DNA from: Thermococcus sp. JdFR-02
Lineage (GTDB): Archaea > Methanobacteriota_B > Thermococci > Thermococcales > Thermococcaceae
Direction: 5' to 3'
Assembly (NCBI GenBank): GCA_002009975.1
Contig: MTLP01000009.1
Location: 32,001 to 96,000, forward strand
Length of the DNA: 64,000 nt
The stretch's first letter is position 1, and the number at the start of each line of letters is the position of its first letter. A program made the translations under genes and the position numbers. Below the pieces are notes generated by a model. The model was not told the origin of the DNA, made no database searches, and saw only the letters and a list, made by a program, of their open reading frames with translations. Of the stretch, positions 27,529 through 41,210 are shown piece after piece.

Positions 27529-29266
27529 TGTCTTTTAAAATTTCCCTTTCTTTCGCTTCAAATAACTTGAGAAACTCTTCTTTGTTCTTGAAAGGTCTTT
27601 TTGCCAAAATTCTAACCACTCTTTTTTTACCAACTCCCGGTAAATAGCTGAGAACCTTTGAGCTTTCTTTGTTAATGTTTACTGGGATGGGAATTCCTGT
27701 TATGCTCCTAAATCCATGACCAACTATCAAGACGTCGTAAAAGCGGTTTAACTCAATTTGCTTTGGAATTCCAACTATTAATGGGTAGCTCCCAATCTGC
27801 CTTCCATAAGTTAATCCATTATCATAAACCTCTGCTCTTACATCTCTTAGAATCGTCCCTACAGGAACTAAGCGCTTTAGCATTGGATAATCAATTTCAT
27901 GTCTTATCTTATACTTGTAGTGGGCTATGAATTTTTTATGCTTCTCAGTTTTTACCTTGTCCATTATATGCCATAAAGGCGTTCCTGGAAAGACCACAAC
28001 TTGCCTAATGTTAATTCTCCTAACTAAAAGACCATCGTCAAGGATCTTCTTTAAAAATTGGAATGTTATTTCAAAGCTTTCTTTAGTTTCTCCAGGTAGT
28101 CCGAAGATAACATTTATGCCTGGAAGGAGCCATGGCATTCCGTTATATCCTCTTTTGGCTCCAACATCGTTTAAAATCTTTACAGCTTTGTAAACTTCAT
28201 CAGGAGTTGCATTCAAGTTGTTTTTTCTAATAACCTTGGGATCAGCACTCTCCATTCCAAAAGCAACTATGTTTCCTGGAGTTCCATACTTTACGAGTGC
28301 TTTTGCTATCCTTATGCTTTCCTCTGGATAGTTAGCAATAACCGCTGGATTTGCATTGTCAACATGGAGTGTTTTAAGATTTGGAGCAACTTCTCTAATT
28401 CCTCTAAAAAGCTTTTCTAAAGCTTCTGCATTTGGAATGGGCACTCTTTCGTTGGGTTTTGCCATATAAGAGAAGATGCAACTTTGCCTCCCAATTCTAA
28501 AATGCTTAACTCCCAATTCATAGAGCAGTTTAACTTCAGCAATAATGTCCTTAATAGGCCTGTCCTCAACTTTTTTATATCTAACAGGCTCTGTACAGAA
28601 GCTGCAACCTCCAATACCCATAGCTTTGGGGCAACCTCTTTGAGTTTCAATTTCAACAATAACAAAATCAGGATAATCTGGGAATTGTTTAACTACTTCA
28701 GCTCCAAGCAAAGCATAATCTCTAAGCTCTTCATAGTTTCTGAATCTAAAGGGGTTAACTTCTTTCTTAGCCAGGAAGTCATAGAGAAATGCTTCTAAAT
28801 CACCATAAGCAATGTAGTCAAAAATTTGTTCGGCTAATTTTAACTCTTTAGAACTTATGACCTCTCCCCCTCCGTGAGCAGAGCCCATAAAAGCTGGTCC
28901 ACCAAGAATCTTAATTCCTTTAGCATTTTTGATAAATTTGGCAACTTCTTCAACTTGAGAGGGGACTGCTGAGAGATACTTTCCAGGAGTATGCAAACCA
29001 CCGATGTAAATTATTAAATCAGATTTTTCTAAAATTCTTTTAGCTTTTGAAACATTAGGGGTCTTATTTTTAGTTTTTATTCCTCTCTCACCTTCAAAGA
29101 CAAACCTTAAGTCGTCTATTGTAAGGTAGAAAATGCTGGCATCTTTTTTCGCTTTTTTAATAGCTCCATAAGCGTATCTAGGGTAAATACCCAGATAAGG
29201 AGGAACTCCCAAGCCAGCAGGCTCATCAGTGTAACCATCTATAATTGCCACTATCATTTTTCTCAC
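27506..29266 (-). CDS. Radical SAM protein with C-terminal TRAM-like and helix-hairpin-helix regions
   Basis: IDGYTDEPAGLGVPPY, ETQRGC-x8-CSFC, LPGVGKKR HhH. Confidence 0.85.
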   Translation of the reverse strand: MRKMIVAIIDGYTDEPAGLGVPPYLGIYPRYAYGAIKKAKKDASIFYLTIDDLRFVFEGERGIKTKNKTPNVSKAKRILEKSDLIIYIGGLHTPGKYLSAVPSQVEEVAKFIKNAKGIKILGGPAFMGSAHGGGEVISSKELKLAEQIFDYIAYGDLEAFLYDFLAKKEVNPFRFRNYEELRDYALLGAEVVKQFPDYPDFVIVEIETQRGCPKAMGIGGCSFCTEPVRYKKVEDRPIKDIIAEVKLLYELGVKHFRIGRQSCIFSYMAKPNERVPIPNAEALEKLFRGIREVAPNLKTLHVDNANPAVIANYPEESIRIAKALVKYGTPGNIVAFGMESADPKVIRKNNLNATPDEVYKAVKILNDVGAKRGYNGMPWLLPGINVIFGLPGETKESFEITFQFLKKILDDGLLVRRINIRQVVVFPGTPLWHIMDKVKTEKHKKFIAHYKYKIRHEIDYPMLKRLVPVGTILRDVRAEVYDNGLTYGRQIGSYPLIVGIPKQIELNRFYDVLIVGHGFRSITGIPIPVNINKESSKVLSYLPGVGKKRVVRILAKRPFKNKEEFLKLFEAKEREILKDIISLEMQ

Positions 29267-29339
29267 ATTTATGTGAATATAGATGCTTTAAAAATTCGAC
29301 GCAAATAATATTAACTGTTTATCATAATAAAAAGTTTGA

Positions 29340-31319
<1,980 letters not shown>

Positions 31320-31430
31320 CCTTACTCCCCCAAAAATAATACTCTCTCCCGCTTTTTATACTTTTGTGCTATTGCAGAAAGAAAACTACATGAGTTGTTA
31401 ATGAGATTAAAATTAAAAATAAAGAAAAAA

Positions 31431-31793
31431 TCACTCGCGGTATTCTTTTAAGATTTCAAGTATCTTCTCCGCTTCTTCTTTTGTAGGCATGTGAACTTCT
31501 TTGGCAAATATAACCCTAATATCAAAGTAGTCCTCAGGCATTATGTCAATAATCTTTGTCGCAAGTTTTTCATTCATCCATTCAAAGCTTTCAATGAGCT
31601 TTTGTTTCAGTTCACTCGCTTGTTCTGCCTTTATCTTTGCAAATTTCTCTGCATGCTCCAAGCTAACTCTTGCCTCATAGAACATTGGTTCGTCAGGGTT
31701 AATCTCTACACCTTCCTCTCTACGCTTTAATAAAATCTCTTTAGCCTCTGCGATGGTAATATAACGCTCTTTAAGTTTTTTTCTCCCTATCAT
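31431..31793 (-). CDS. rpo4: RNA polymerase subunit Rpo4 (RpoF)
   Basis: MIGRKKL...YEAR.SLEHA..F, KIIDIMP; synteny. Confidence 0.94.
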   Translation of the reverse strand: MIGRKKLKERYITIAEAKEILLKRREEGVEINPDEPMFYEARVSLEHAEKFAKIKAEQASELKQKLIESFEWMNEKLATKIIDIMPEDYFDIRVIFAKEVHMPTKEEAEKILEILKEYRE

Positions 31794-31799
31794 CTTACT

Positions 31800-32093
31800 T
31801 CACTTTTGAGGTCTTAAATGGACGGGGTGAATAAAGAAGGTTTTAACCTTCCCACCATCAGTTATTTGGACAACGTAGGCATCTCCTCTCTTACCTATAA
31901 CTGTTCCTGTTCTTCCGTGAAATCTTGGGTCTGGCATTCCTTTGTGGTAGCTTGGTTCAATGACTATGTGGACCCTTTGTCCAACTTCAAACTCTTGTAA
32001 GAATCTTGTTAGTGAAGGTAATCCTCTTTTTCTTGGGCTCTTACTAAGCTTCCCTCTTGTTTTCCTCCTTATTGTGTGGGCTTTCTGAACCAT
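31800..32093 (-). CDS. rpl21e: 50S ribosomal protein L21e
   Basis: [27 protein letters not shown]. Confidence 0.97.
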   Translation of the reverse strand: MVQKAHTIRRKTRGKLSKSPRKRGLPSLTRFLQEFEVGQRVHIVIEPSYHKGMPDPRFHGRTGTVIGKRGDAYVVQITDGGKVKTFFIHPVHLRPQK

Positions 32094-33264
32094 TTTCACT
32101 CACCTCAATATTTATAACATCTAAAGCTTTGCAAACTGCATTTTTATTTAATATTTCTGACACGGATGGGGTTGTTCGCCCCTCATCACCAGATATGAGT
32201 TCTTTTATATACAATCCGCCGTCACAAAATATTCTTAGCTTAAAGTGTTTGTCATCAATCACTTCACCACTCACTTTATAAACTTTTCTAACTCTAATTA
32301 TATCGCTTCTTTTCCTTAAAACCCTTAAGGGTGTTCTCTGATGTATTGTGGCATTGGTAAGCTTTTCAACAACTTTAATTACATCGCATTCCCTTATTCC
32401 CTCTTTAACATAAATCAATGCTTCATACTCTTTTTTGTGATTCTCTGTAAGTACCTTCTCCATTCTCTTTCTATTGGTAAAACGCAAATTTAAAACTTCA
32501 ACTTTTCCGCTTTTGTTAATTTCCTCTGCAATCTCATTTAAGTTTATCTTTCTGATTTTTGGATTCTTGATCTCAACAATAAAGGGTCTTCCATTGCCAA
32601 GCATTCTAACGTCTATATCCTCTCTACCAGCACCATGAAAAACTGCTTTTCCTTTAGCTGTTCTTGAGAAAGGCTTGCATATTATAGATGCAACGCTCTC
32701 ATCATATCCCCTTAGAGGTGTTTGAGGAAGTCCCCTAATGAGCTTTCTGTATCTTCCGTAAACATAGAGAGGGTTTATTTGGATATTAATTTTCTCGGTT
32801 ATAGGATCAATTATAAACACAACATCTGGATTTTTCTTCTCCACCAGTTTTTGGAAAAAGACCTCCAAAATTTTTCCAACTTCCCTATTAAATTCCCTAT
32901 TTATTGGTTCTGCATGGCTTAGCTCAAACTTCTCAATTATCTCCCTTTCTCTCTGCATTATCTCATCGGGAAAAGAGGAGCCAACTAAAAAGGTATCAAA
33001 TTGGATTTTAAGTTTTGAAGCTTTATCATAACATAGCCTTGCAAAGTATTCAACTCTTTTTAAAACTCCACCGCAAAGCTCGCATTTCTCTGGTTCTTTA
33101 AAAGGTTCTTTCCCTTTAGCCTCTCTTTCCATGTTAAGCACTAGGCGAATTGACTTCCCTCTAATATGATTTTCACCTTTTCCTAACAATCCAAACATTC
33201 TCCCTAAACAGTTATTGCAGAGGCTATATTCTTCAAGTATCTTCTCGGCTTTTTCTATGATCAT
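32044..33264 (-). CDS. pus10: tRNA pseudouridine(54/55) synthase Pus10
   Basis: [42 protein letters not shown]. Confidence 0.95.
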   Translation of the reverse strand: MIIEKAEKILEEYSLCNNCLGRMFGLLGKGENHIRGKSIRLVLNMEREAKGKEPFKEPEKCELCGGVLKRVEYFARLCYDKASKLKIQFDTFLVGSSFPDEIMQREREIIEKFELSHAEPINREFNREVGKILEVFFQKLVEKKNPDVVFIIDPITEKINIQINPLYVYGRYRKLIRGLPQTPLRGYDESVASIICKPFSRTAKGKAVFHGAGREDIDVRMLGNGRPFIVEIKNPKIRKINLNEIAEEINKSGKVEVLNLRFTNRKRMEKVLTENHKKEYEALIYVKEGIRECDVIKVVEKLTNATIHQRTPLRVLRKRSDIIRVRKVYKVSGEVIDDKHFKLRIFCDGGLYIKELISGDEGRTTPSVSEILNKNAVCKALDVINIEVSENGSESPHNKEENKREA

Positions 33265-33338
33265 AACTCTCACCTGTTATTGTAACAATCTTAACCTTAA
33301 GCTTTATATCTTGATCAGGTAAATTAGCTTTGATGCCC

Positions 33339-33623
33339 ATGATGAGTCGAAGGCAGAAAATAATAAAGCTTTTGGAGGAGAGGGATTTCAGTGTAAGTGA
33401 GTTGTCATTGCTGTTGGAAGTTAGGGATAAGAGGGTCATTCTTGAAGATTTGAAGCGTATAGCTAAGAGTTTAAAGCATGAAGGGAAAGTTTTACTAATT
33501 CAACCAGCTGTTTGTAGAAAATGTGGATTTGTGTTTAGGGCTGAAATAAATATTCCCTCTAAATGTCCTCGCTGTAAAACCCAATGGATTGAAGAGCCGA
33601 GATTTAGGATTGAACTGAGGTGA
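33339..33623 (+). CDS. HTH/Zn-ribbon transcription regulator-like protein
   Basis: wHTH then CRKCGF...PSKCPRCK. Confidence 0.85.
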   Translation: MMSRRQKIIKLLEERDFSVSELSLLLEVRDKRVILEDLKRIAKSLKHEGKVLLIQPAVCRKCGFVFRAEINIPSKCPRCKTQWIEEPRFRIELR

Positions 33624-33627
33624 TAGC

Positions 33628-34941
33628 ATGAGGAAAATTGAGCAATTTATGAAAGAGAAGAACCTGAATATTGGAGATTACGTTGAAGTTGTTGAAAAGG
33701 AAAATGACCATCACATAGCTTATAGAGGTCTTGTAATGCCACCATATGAGCTTTCAGAGGGAGATACACTAACCCTAAAGCTTGATAATGGATATAACAT
33801 TGGTATCTTAGTTGATCAAATTGTTGAAATTAGGATTCTTGAAAAAGCAAAACCAAAGGAAGTTAAAGAGTTCAAAGAGATAATTCAGAAGAAGGAGAAT
33901 CTCCCAGATGTCACTATTTTAGGGACTGGGGGAACAATAGCTTCAAAAATAGATTACAAAACTGGTGCAGTTCATCCAGCTTTCACAGCTGAAGAATTAG
34001 CTTTAGCAGTTCCAGAAATCTTTGAGATAGCTAACATAACTCCAAAAATGATATTAAACATTTTTAGCGAAGATATGAAGCCGGAGTACTGGGTTAAGAT
34101 AGCTCATGAGGTTGCAAAAGCCTTGAATAATGGTGAAGAGGGTGTTGTTGTTGGGCATGGAACGGATACGATGGGATATACAGCGGCAGCATTGAGTTTT
34201 ATGCTTAAAGATTTAGGAAAGCCTGTAATTTTGGTTGGTTCACAGAGGAGTAGTGATAGACCAAGTAGCGATGCTGCTATGAACCTAATATGTTCAGTGA
34301 GAATGGCAACTGCAGATTTTGGAGAAGTTAGTGTAGTTATGCATGGAGAGACGGGTGATACTTATTGTCTAGCCCATAGGGGAACGAAAGTTAGAAAGAT
34401 GCACACTTCTAGGAGAGATGCCTTTAGAAGTATAAACGATATTCCAATAGCTAAAATTTGGTTAGATGGGAGAATTGAGTTCTTGAGGGGAGATTATAGG
34501 AAAAGGCAAGAGAGTGAAGTTTGGGTCGACGATAAGATAGAAGAAAAAGTAGCATTAGTTAAAGTCTTTCCAGGAATGAATAGTGAAATAATAGACTTCT
34601 TTGTTGATAAAGGCTACAAGGGCATAGTTTTGGAGGGAACAGGTTTAGGACATACACCAACTTACATAATTAACTCAATAAAGAGAGCTACTGAAGAAGG
34701 AGTAGCAGTTTGTATGACGAGTCAATGTCTAAATGGTAGGGTTAACTTGTACGTCTATTCAACAGGGAGAAAATTGCTTAAAGCGGGTGTTATTCCTTGT
34801 GAAGACATGCTTCCAGAAACTGCTTACGTTAAGCTGATGTGGGTTTTGGGACACACAAAGGACTTAAAGGAAGTCAAAAAGCTCATGCTAACAAACTTTG
34901 CTGGAGAAATAACTCCTTACACAAAGTATAACGTTTATTGA
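33628..34941 (+). CDS. gatD: Glu-tRNA(Gln) amidotransferase subunit D
   Basis: [34 protein letters not shown]. Confidence 0.97.
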   Translation: MRKIEQFMKEKNLNIGDYVEVVEKENDHHIAYRGLVMPPYELSEGDTLTLKLDNGYNIGILVDQIVEIRILEKAKPKEVKEFKEIIQKKENLPDVTILGTGGTIASKIDYKTGAVHPAFTAEELALAVPEIFEIANITPKMILNIFSEDMKPEYWVKIAHEVAKALNNGEEGVVVGHGTDTMGYTAAALSFMLKDLGKPVILVGSQRSSDRPSSDAAMNLICSVRMATADFGEVSVVMHGETGDTYCLAHRGTKVRKMHTSRRDAFRSINDIPIAKIWLDGRIEFLRGDYRKRQESEVWVDDKIEEKVALVKVFPGMNSEIIDFFVDKGYKGIVLEGTGLGHTPTYIINSIKRATEEGVAVCMTSQCLNGRVNLYVYSTGRKLLKAGVIPCEDMLPETAYVKLMWVLGHTKDLKEVKKLMLTNFAGEITPYTKYNVY

Positions 34942-34948
34942 GGTGAGG

Positions 34949-36835
34949 ATGATGAAGCTTGATTATCAGGAATTGGGCTTAAAGGTTGGTTTAGAAATTC
35001 ATCGTCAATTGGACACAAAAAAGTTATTTTCACGGGTTCCAAGTGAGTTAGTTGATGACGTTGACTTTACTTTTCAGAGGAGACTTAGACCAACTATGAG
35101 CGAACTTGGGGAGATTGATCAAGCAGCTTTAGAGGAATTCAAAAAGGGAAGGACCTTTGTTTATGAAGGGAATTTCAAATTAAGTGATTTAGTTTATATG
35201 GATGAAGAACCTCCACATCTTCCAGATAGAGAAGCATTGGAAGTTGCTTTGCAGATAGCTTATCTCCTAAATGCTATCCCTGTCGATGAAGTCCATTTCA
35301 TGCGTAAAATAGTCATTGATGGTTCAAACGTCTCTGGTTTCCAAAGAACAGCTATAATAGCAATGAATGGAAAAGTCCGCACACCTTGGGGTGATGTTGG
35401 AATACCAACCATCTGTTTGGAGGAAGATGCTGCAAGGATTGTTGAGAGGAAAGATAAGAAGGTTATCTATAGAATTGACCGCTTGGGGATTCCTCTAATA
35501 GAAATTGCAACTACTCCCGATATTCATCACCCAGAACAAGCAAAGGTTGTTGCTAAATTTATTGGAGATGCTCTAAGAGCAACGCGTAAGGTTAAGAGGG
35601 GTTTGGGAACGATTAGGCAAGACTTAAACGTGTCAATTAAAGGCGGAGCAAGAATTGAGATAAAGGGAGTTCAAGAATTGGACATGATTCCCATAATAAT
35701 TGAACGCGAGGTTATAAGACAAATAAACTTGCTTAAAATTAGAGATGAGCTTAGAAAGAGGGGAGTAAAGGAAGAGGAACTTAGAGAGGAATTTTATGAC
35801 GTAACTGATATCTTCCAAAACACGAGTTCGAAGATTATTGCCGGTGCTATAAAGAAGGGTGGAAAGGTCTTAGCGATTAAATTGCCTAAGTTTAGAGGCT
35901 TAATAGGTTTTGAAATCCAGCCTGGAAGAAGATTGGGAACAGAAATGGCAGACAGAGCAAAGAAATATGTTAAAGGCATCTTCCATATTGATGAGTTGCC
36001 AAATTATGGAATTTCTCAAGAGGAAGTTGATGCCGTTAGTGAAAAGCTTAATTTAGGCGAAGAGGATGCATTTGTCTTAGTTGCAGCTAAGGAGGAAACC
36101 GCAAAGAAAGCTCTTAGGGAAGTTCTTCAAAGGGCAGAGGAAGCTTTATATGGAGTTCCAGAGGAAACAAGAAGAGCTTTACCTGATGGGAACACTCAAT
36201 ACATGAGACCATTGCCGGGAAAAGCAAGGATGTATCCAGAAACGGATATTCCTCCGATTTTATTAACACAAGAGCTTAAAGAGAAAATCTTGACTAATTT
36301 GCCTGAACTGCCCCAACAAAGAGCCGAAAGAATAGTCAAGCAATACAAATTAGATAAGAGCTTAGCTCAAACATTGGTAGATGAAGAAAAAGATGAACTG
36401 TTTGAGGAACTTGTTAAACTGGGAGTAAAGCCCTCAATCGTGGCATCAACACTTGTAGGATTGCTCAAGGGACTAAAATCTGAAGTTCCAGTAGAAAACA
36501 TAACTGAGAATCACATAAGAGAAGCTTTTAAACTTTTGGCTCAAAACAAGATTGCAAAAGAAGCTTTTGAGGAAATATTTAAAGAATTGGCTTTACATCC
36601 AGAAAAGAGCGCTTTACAAGTTGCAGAAGAGAAGGGGTTAACGCTCTTGAGTGAGGAAGAAGTTGAGAAGATTATTGAGGAGATAGTACAGCAGAACATT
36701 GAGGTTGTTAAAGCCAAAGGAATGGGTGCAATGGGTTTGATAATGGGAAGAGCAATGGCAAAGCTTAGAGGAAAAGCAGATGGAAAGTTGGTGAATCAAA
36801 TCGTTAGGAAAAAGATTCAAGAGCTCTCTTCTTAA
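34949..36835 (+). CDS. gatE: Glu-tRNA(Gln) amidotransferase subunit E
   Basis: [34 protein letters not shown]. Confidence 0.97.
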   Translation: MMKLDYQELGLKVGLEIHRQLDTKKLFSRVPSELVDDVDFTFQRRLRPTMSELGEIDQAALEEFKKGRTFVYEGNFKLSDLVYMDEEPPHLPDREALEVALQIAYLLNAIPVDEVHFMRKIVIDGSNVSGFQRTAIIAMNGKVRTPWGDVGIPTICLEEDAARIVERKDKKVIYRIDRLGIPLIEIATTPDIHHPEQAKVVAKFIGDALRATRKVKRGLGTIRQDLNVSIKGGARIEIKGVQELDMIPIIIEREVIRQINLLKIRDELRKRGVKEEELREEFYDVTDIFQNTSSKIIAGAIKKGGKVLAIKLPKFRGLIGFEIQPGRRLGTEMADRAKKYVKGIFHIDELPNYGISQEEVDAVSEKLNLGEEDAFVLVAAKEETAKKALREVLQRAEEALYGVPEETRRALPDGNTQYMRPLPGKARMYPETDIPPILLTQELKEKILTNLPELPQQRAERIVKQYKLDKSLAQTLVDEEKDELFEELVKLGVKPSIVASTLVGLLKGLKSEVPVENITENHIREAFKLLAQNKIAKEAFEEIFKELALHPEKSALQVAEEKGLTLLSEEEVEKIIEEIVQQNIEVVKAKGMGAMGLIMGRAMAKLRGKADGKLVNQIVRKKIQELSS

Positions 36836-36896
36836 TTTCTCTTTTCGATAAATTTTTAAGTACTTTCTTGATAGGTAATTTTGTTGTGGTGATTTT

Positions 36897-37517
36897 ATGA
36901 GAATTCAGCTTCCTCCAGGCATATTCATCCGTTACAGAATCCCTAAGAAACCAGAGTCAAAAAAGATCAAGGAAAAGAAAAAAGAGCCTAAGTTAGTCTA
37001 TGTTCTCATTAAGATCAAAGAGAACAAACCGATAAGCGAGGAGGCAAAGAGAATTGAAGAATTCTTAAAGGAAAGAAATCTTCCTTTTGCTAGAATAATT
37101 AATTCTGACGAGTTTACTTTAATGATAAATGTGAAAAAGCTTTTTGAAAAAACTTCCCGTGTTTATATCATAGAATTGAATGATGGGATAAGCAGATGGT
37201 TTTATTTGACACCGAGTGAAGAGAGGATTAATTTCGATAAGAAGGATGTTCTTAAGATCTTTATTTTAAAGAAAGAGGATGCCTTAGAGGAAATCCTTAA
37301 AAGAATAGCTTCTGAAAAAATTAAGGGGAAAAGCAAAATTGAGAGAATTCTGGACATAGTTCAGCTAATACTTGGCTTTAGCTTCTTTTGGATCGCTTAT
37401 ATTAGTGAGGAAGGTGTTGGAGAGGCTATAAATTATCTTCCAGCCATCTTTGCACTGATAGCTCTAATTCAAGGATTAAAGAGGGGATATAAAGAAAGGG
37501 AATGGGAGATTGATTAA
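36897..37517 (+). CDS. Hypothetical protein with two C-terminal TM helices
   Basis: GGTGA RBS; soluble N-terminus, 2 TM, basic tail. Confidence 0.72.
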   Translation: MRIQLPPGIFIRYRIPKKPESKKIKEKKKEPKLVYVLIKIKENKPISEEAKRIEEFLKERNLPFARIINSDEFTLMINVKKLFEKTSRVYIIELNDGISRWFYLTPSEERINFDKKDVLKIFILKKEDALEEILKRIASEKIKGKSKIERILDIVQLILGFSFFWIAYISEEGVGEAINYLPAIFALIALIQGLKRGYKEREWEID

Positions 37518-37518
37518 G

Positions 37519-37794
37519 ATGTTTGGTGATATATTCATCCCTATGATTTTCTTGATAGCCCTTATGGCAGTTGCAATACTTCTTGCATTAGCTTTGGAAT
37601 CAAAGGACTGGTGGAAAGTTATCATTATCATTGTTATTGTGTACATATTTCTCAATGCTGAACGCATTAAAGAGTTAGAGATAGTGAAGCAAAGCCCAAT
37701 TCTGTTGATGATCATAGACAAAATCATTGATATTAAGGGTAGAATACTTGACTATTTTGGTTTAATTTTGTACGATTTAGTCAATGCTGGGTGA
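37519..37794 (+). CDS. Hypothetical small membrane protein
   Basis: Two N-terminal TM helices. Confidence 0.6.
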   Translation: MFGDIFIPMIFLIALMAVAILLALALESKDWWKVIIIIVIVYIFLNAERIKELEIVKQSPILLMIIDKIIDIKGRILDYFGLILYDLVNAG

Positions 37795-37847
37795 AATAAT
37801 TCTAAACATTGACGTTTAGTATAAAAATTCATATTTGGTGGGGCATA

Positions 37848-38264
37848 ATGATTGAGTTCTATCACCTAAAGGGAGAGTTTAGTCCCTACAAGTTTGAACG
37901 TTTCCTAAGTGACCATAGATACATTTATTGGATAAAAGGAATGAAGAGTGAAATAGTTCATTTAATTGATGACTTTATTGATGACAGATATGAAAATTAT
38001 TTTTATCTTATCGAGCTTGGAGATGATGTTTATTTAATAGCTTCGACTGTTCCAATTCGAGTACCCTTTATTCCTTTTTATGCAAAAAGAAAAATAAAAC
38101 GGAGAAAATTCTTCTTAAAGTTGAGTGTAAGACTTGAGATCAGTACTACTCTAAAAATCCTTTCTGTCATTGGAACTGCTGTTCTTTTATTTGCATATTT
38201 ATATTCTGAATTTGTGCATGTTATATGGAAAAATGTTGACATTTTGATCAATTACCTCTTGTGA
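37848..38264 (+). CDS. Hypothetical membrane protein
   Basis: GGTGGGG RBS; C-terminal TM. Confidence 0.6.
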   Translation: MIEFYHLKGEFSPYKFERFLSDHRYIYWIKGMKSEIVHLIDDFIDDRYENYFYLIELGDDVYLIASTVPIRVPFIPFYAKRKIKRRKFFLKLSVRLEISTTLKILSVIGTAVLLFAYLYSEFVHVIWKNVDILINYLL

Positions 38265-38554
38265 TGTTTTTTAATAAGCTTACTAAAGAACTTGGATGGG
38301 ATGATGTAGAAGCTCAGAGGGTTCATAATAGGTTAATAGTGAAAAAGAAAAGACGAGTTAATATAAAACTTCCTGAACATGTAAAAATCTTGGTAATTGG
38401 TGGTATTGTTACCTACTTGTTATATTCTTTCCAAAGAATGCCTAAAGAAGAAAGATATCCAATTATTGGGGCTTTATTACTGTTAACAATAATCACATCT
38501 CCTATTTGGCTAACAATCATCTGGTGGAAGATAAGGATAGAGGGTCAGCAATAA
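38264..38554 (+). CDS. Hypothetical small membrane protein
   Basis: TGATG coupling; 2 TM. Confidence 0.6.
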   Translation: MFFNKLTKELGWDDVEAQRVHNRLIVKKKRRVNIKLPEHVKILVIGGIVTYLLYSFQRMPKEERYPIIGALLLLTIITSPIWLTIIWWKIRIEGQQ

Positions 38555-38774
38555 TTAGGTAATGTTGTTCACAAAATTAGAAACGATACGATATAATAAA
38601 AACACTTTAGGAAATTTTGGGAAGCTTTGAGTATGTTATGCTACTTTTGGTAATTGCACTCTTCTAATTTCTTCAATTAAAGGGTGTATTAGGTTATAAA
38701 TTCAGTGATTTCAGTTGTCTTAGTTTCTGGGTAGCTAAGAAAAGAAGTAGAGGGAAATATGAAAAGCGTGTAAA

Positions 38775-40001
38775 CTAGCGTCCAAGTTCTTTGTGAGCTT
38801 TAGCTAGATGTTTTGCTGCTATTGCTGCTAAAAGTGAAAGTTCTCCCGCTAGAACAGCACCAGCTACAATTTCAGCAAACTTTTTAGCATTTGCTCCTGG
38901 AGGATTGCCACCACCAGCAACTCCCATTATTTGTAGTGCTTCCCTTTGCGTAGGTACTCTTGTTCCACCACCGACTGTTCCAATCTCCAAGCTTGGCATT
39001 GTAATACTAATGTATAAATCTCCATTTTCCGTGACTTCTGCTAAGGTTATGCCATGAGAACCTTCTGTTATTTGGGCTTCATCTTGTCCAGTTGCTAAGA
39101 ATATTGCGCCAATTATGTTCCCGAAGTGTGCATTAAACCCATAAGAGCCAGCTTGCGCTGAACCAATTAAGTTTTTCCTATAATTAACTTCTGCTATTAA
39201 TTCTGGAGTTGTTTTGAGTTTCTTTTCAATTATCTCTCTTGGTATTATTGCCTCAGCTATTACTGTCTTTCCTCTCCCATTTATGAAGTTTATAGCGCTT
39301 GGTTTCTTATCAACACACAAATTACCAGAAAGTGCGAGATATCTCACATCTGAAAACTTCTTCTCAATTACTTTCATAATTTCCTCACTTGCTATTGTTA
39401 CCATGTTCATGCCCATTGCATCGCCTGTCTCAAATTCAAACCTCAAATATAGATTATTTCCGACAATGTAAGCTCTTACCCCCTTAAGCTTTCCATGCCT
39501 CGTTACCTTTGAAACGGCTTCTCTTTGCAGGTAGTCAATGTTTTCTTCTACCCATTTAGCGACTTCCCTTGCTCTTCTCGCGTCTGGGCATTTTAATAAA
39601 GGTGCTCTAGTCATTTTATCATCAATGATTGTAGTATAAACTCCTCCTGCGGCTGTTAAGGCGGAACATCCTCTATTAACACTTGCGACTAATGCTCCTT
39701 CAGTTGTTGCTAAAGGGATATAAAATTCGCCTTTAGCGTATTCGCCATTGATCTTTAAGGGACCAGCAACTCCCATTGGTATCTGAACAACTCCAATCAT
39801 GTTTTCAATGTTTTTACCAATTACTTGATTCGGATCAATAGAATAGTGACCTATATTTTCAAGTTTTATCCCAAACTTCTTTTCGAGGGCTTTTCTTCTT
39901 ATCTCGGTTGCGAGTTTTTTGTCTCCGTTGGTGTATTTCTCGACTTGATACAGTTTTATTTCTCCGCTGGCAACTTTTTCTATTAACTCCTCTAAATTCA
40001 C
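38775..40001 (-). CDS. hmgA: HMG-CoA reductase (NADPH)
   Basis: ENMIG, PLATTEG, TGDAMGMNM, SGNLCVDKK, GTVGGGT, GELSL. Confidence 0.97.
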   Translation of the reverse strand: MNLEELIEKVASGEIKLYQVEKYTNGDKKLATEIRRKALEKKFGIKLENIGHYSIDPNQVIGKNIENMIGVVQIPMGVAGPLKINGEYAKGEFYIPLATTEGALVASVNRGCSALTAAGGVYTTIIDDKMTRAPLLKCPDARRAREVAKWVEENIDYLQREAVSKVTRHGKLKGVRAYIVGNNLYLRFEFETGDAMGMNMVTIASEEIMKVIEKKFSDVRYLALSGNLCVDKKPSAINFINGRGKTVIAEAIIPREIIEKKLKTTPELIAEVNYRKNLIGSAQAGSYGFNAHFGNIIGAIFLATGQDEAQITEGSHGITLAEVTENGDLYISITMPSLEIGTVGGGTRVPTQREALQIMGVAGGGNPPGANAKKFAEIVAGAVLAGELSLLAAIAAKHLAKAHKELGR

Positions 40002-40043
40002 CCTACTCACCTCTTGCTAAAAGATGGAAAGCAGTTTTTAAGT

Positions 40044-40796
40044 TTATCTTACTTCCTCAAACATCCATTCTCTTACCAATTCCCCACTTTCCTTTAAAGA
40101 GATAGCGGCATCGCTTTTTGGCTTATATACAAGAATTGGAATGCCAACGTTCACAGATTCTGGAACACTTTCATCAAAAGGTATGGCACCGAGAACAGAA
40201 ACTCCAACTTCTGTTTCCAAAACATCAATGATTTTATTCACAACATCTTGAGATTCTCTAACTTTGTTCAGAATAACGCCAACTTTTAGCCCGTACTCAT
40301 CTCCAAGGGCTTTTAGTTTTTCTACCTCATTTTCTACCATAACTTCAAAAGAATAGATTGGAGAACGCTCTATTTCAACAATTATCAACTGATAATCAGC
40401 AACTTCAAAAGTTGGTAATGTATCAAAAGGTATTCCAGTAGGAGAGTCCACAAAAACAAGACCGAATTTGTATTTCATCTGCTCAACTATATCTCTCAAT
40501 CTCTTAGCAGAGATTCCCAAAACGTCCTGAAGATTTGCACTGCCGGGCATTACATAAACTCCAGTTTGTGGATGTTTGTATATTGCCCATTCTGGATCAA
40601 TGTTTGGGTCTTTGATTACCGAGTGCACGGTGTATTTAACATTCTCAAGGGCAAAGTGAAAGCCTAAATTCGGCAGATATAAATCACCATCTATGGCTAA
40701 AACACCATATCCCTTTTGGGCAAAATAAGTGCTGAGATTAGACGTCATTGTGGTCTTACCAGCTCCGCCCCTTCCTGTGACGATTATAACAGTCAT
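40044..40796 (-). CDS. minD: MinD/ParA family ATPase
   Basis: TGRGGAGKTT deviant Walker A, DSPTG, IPFD..V..S. Confidence 0.88.
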   Translation of the reverse strand: MTVIIVTGRGGAGKTTMTSNLSTYFAQKGYGVLAIDGDLYLPNLGFHFALENVKYTVHSVIKDPNIDPEWAIYKHPQTGVYVMPGSANLQDVLGISAKRLRDIVEQMKYKFGLVFVDSPTGIPFDTLPTFEVADYQLIIVEIERSPIYSFEVMVENEVEKLKALGDEYGLKVGVILNKVRESQDVVNKIIDVLETEVGVSVLGAIPFDESVPESVNVGIPILVYKPKSDAAISLKESGELVREWMFEEVR

Positions 40797-40958
40797 AGAG
40801 AGTACACACTCCTATAAATGGTAGCCATTAATTAGCATTAAAGCCAGTATAGTTAAATTTTATTAAGCTCAAAATATAAGGTTTTCTGAGAATGAAATAA
40901 AAACTAGAAAAGCGAATAAAATAAGTAAAGTTCAAATAGAGCATTGAAATTTGATCGG

Positions 40959-41210
40959 TCATCCAATAATTTCTCCAAAGGCAAATTTCCTTTTAACTGA
41001 GTTAATTACGATTTCTACTTCATCCCCCACCTTTGTGTTGGGAACGAAAATCACGAAACCCTTTATTCTAGCTATTCCATCTCCACCTTTACCAATACTC
41101 TCAATTTTTACCTTGTACCTTTCTCCAACCTTAACGGGAGGTTGTGGACCACGCATGGGCTTTCTTGCCCTTCCTTCAGGTCTTCTTCCACCAAATTTCT
41201 TATCTTCCAA
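40959..41210 (-). CDS. Single-TRAM-domain RNA-binding protein
   Basis: [32 protein letters not shown]; TTG start after GGTGGTG. Confidence 0.92.
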   Translation of the reverse strand: MEDKKFGGRRPEGRARKPMRGPQPPVKVGERYKVKIESIGKGGDGIARIKGFVIFVPNTKVGDEVEIVINSVKRKFAFGEIIG

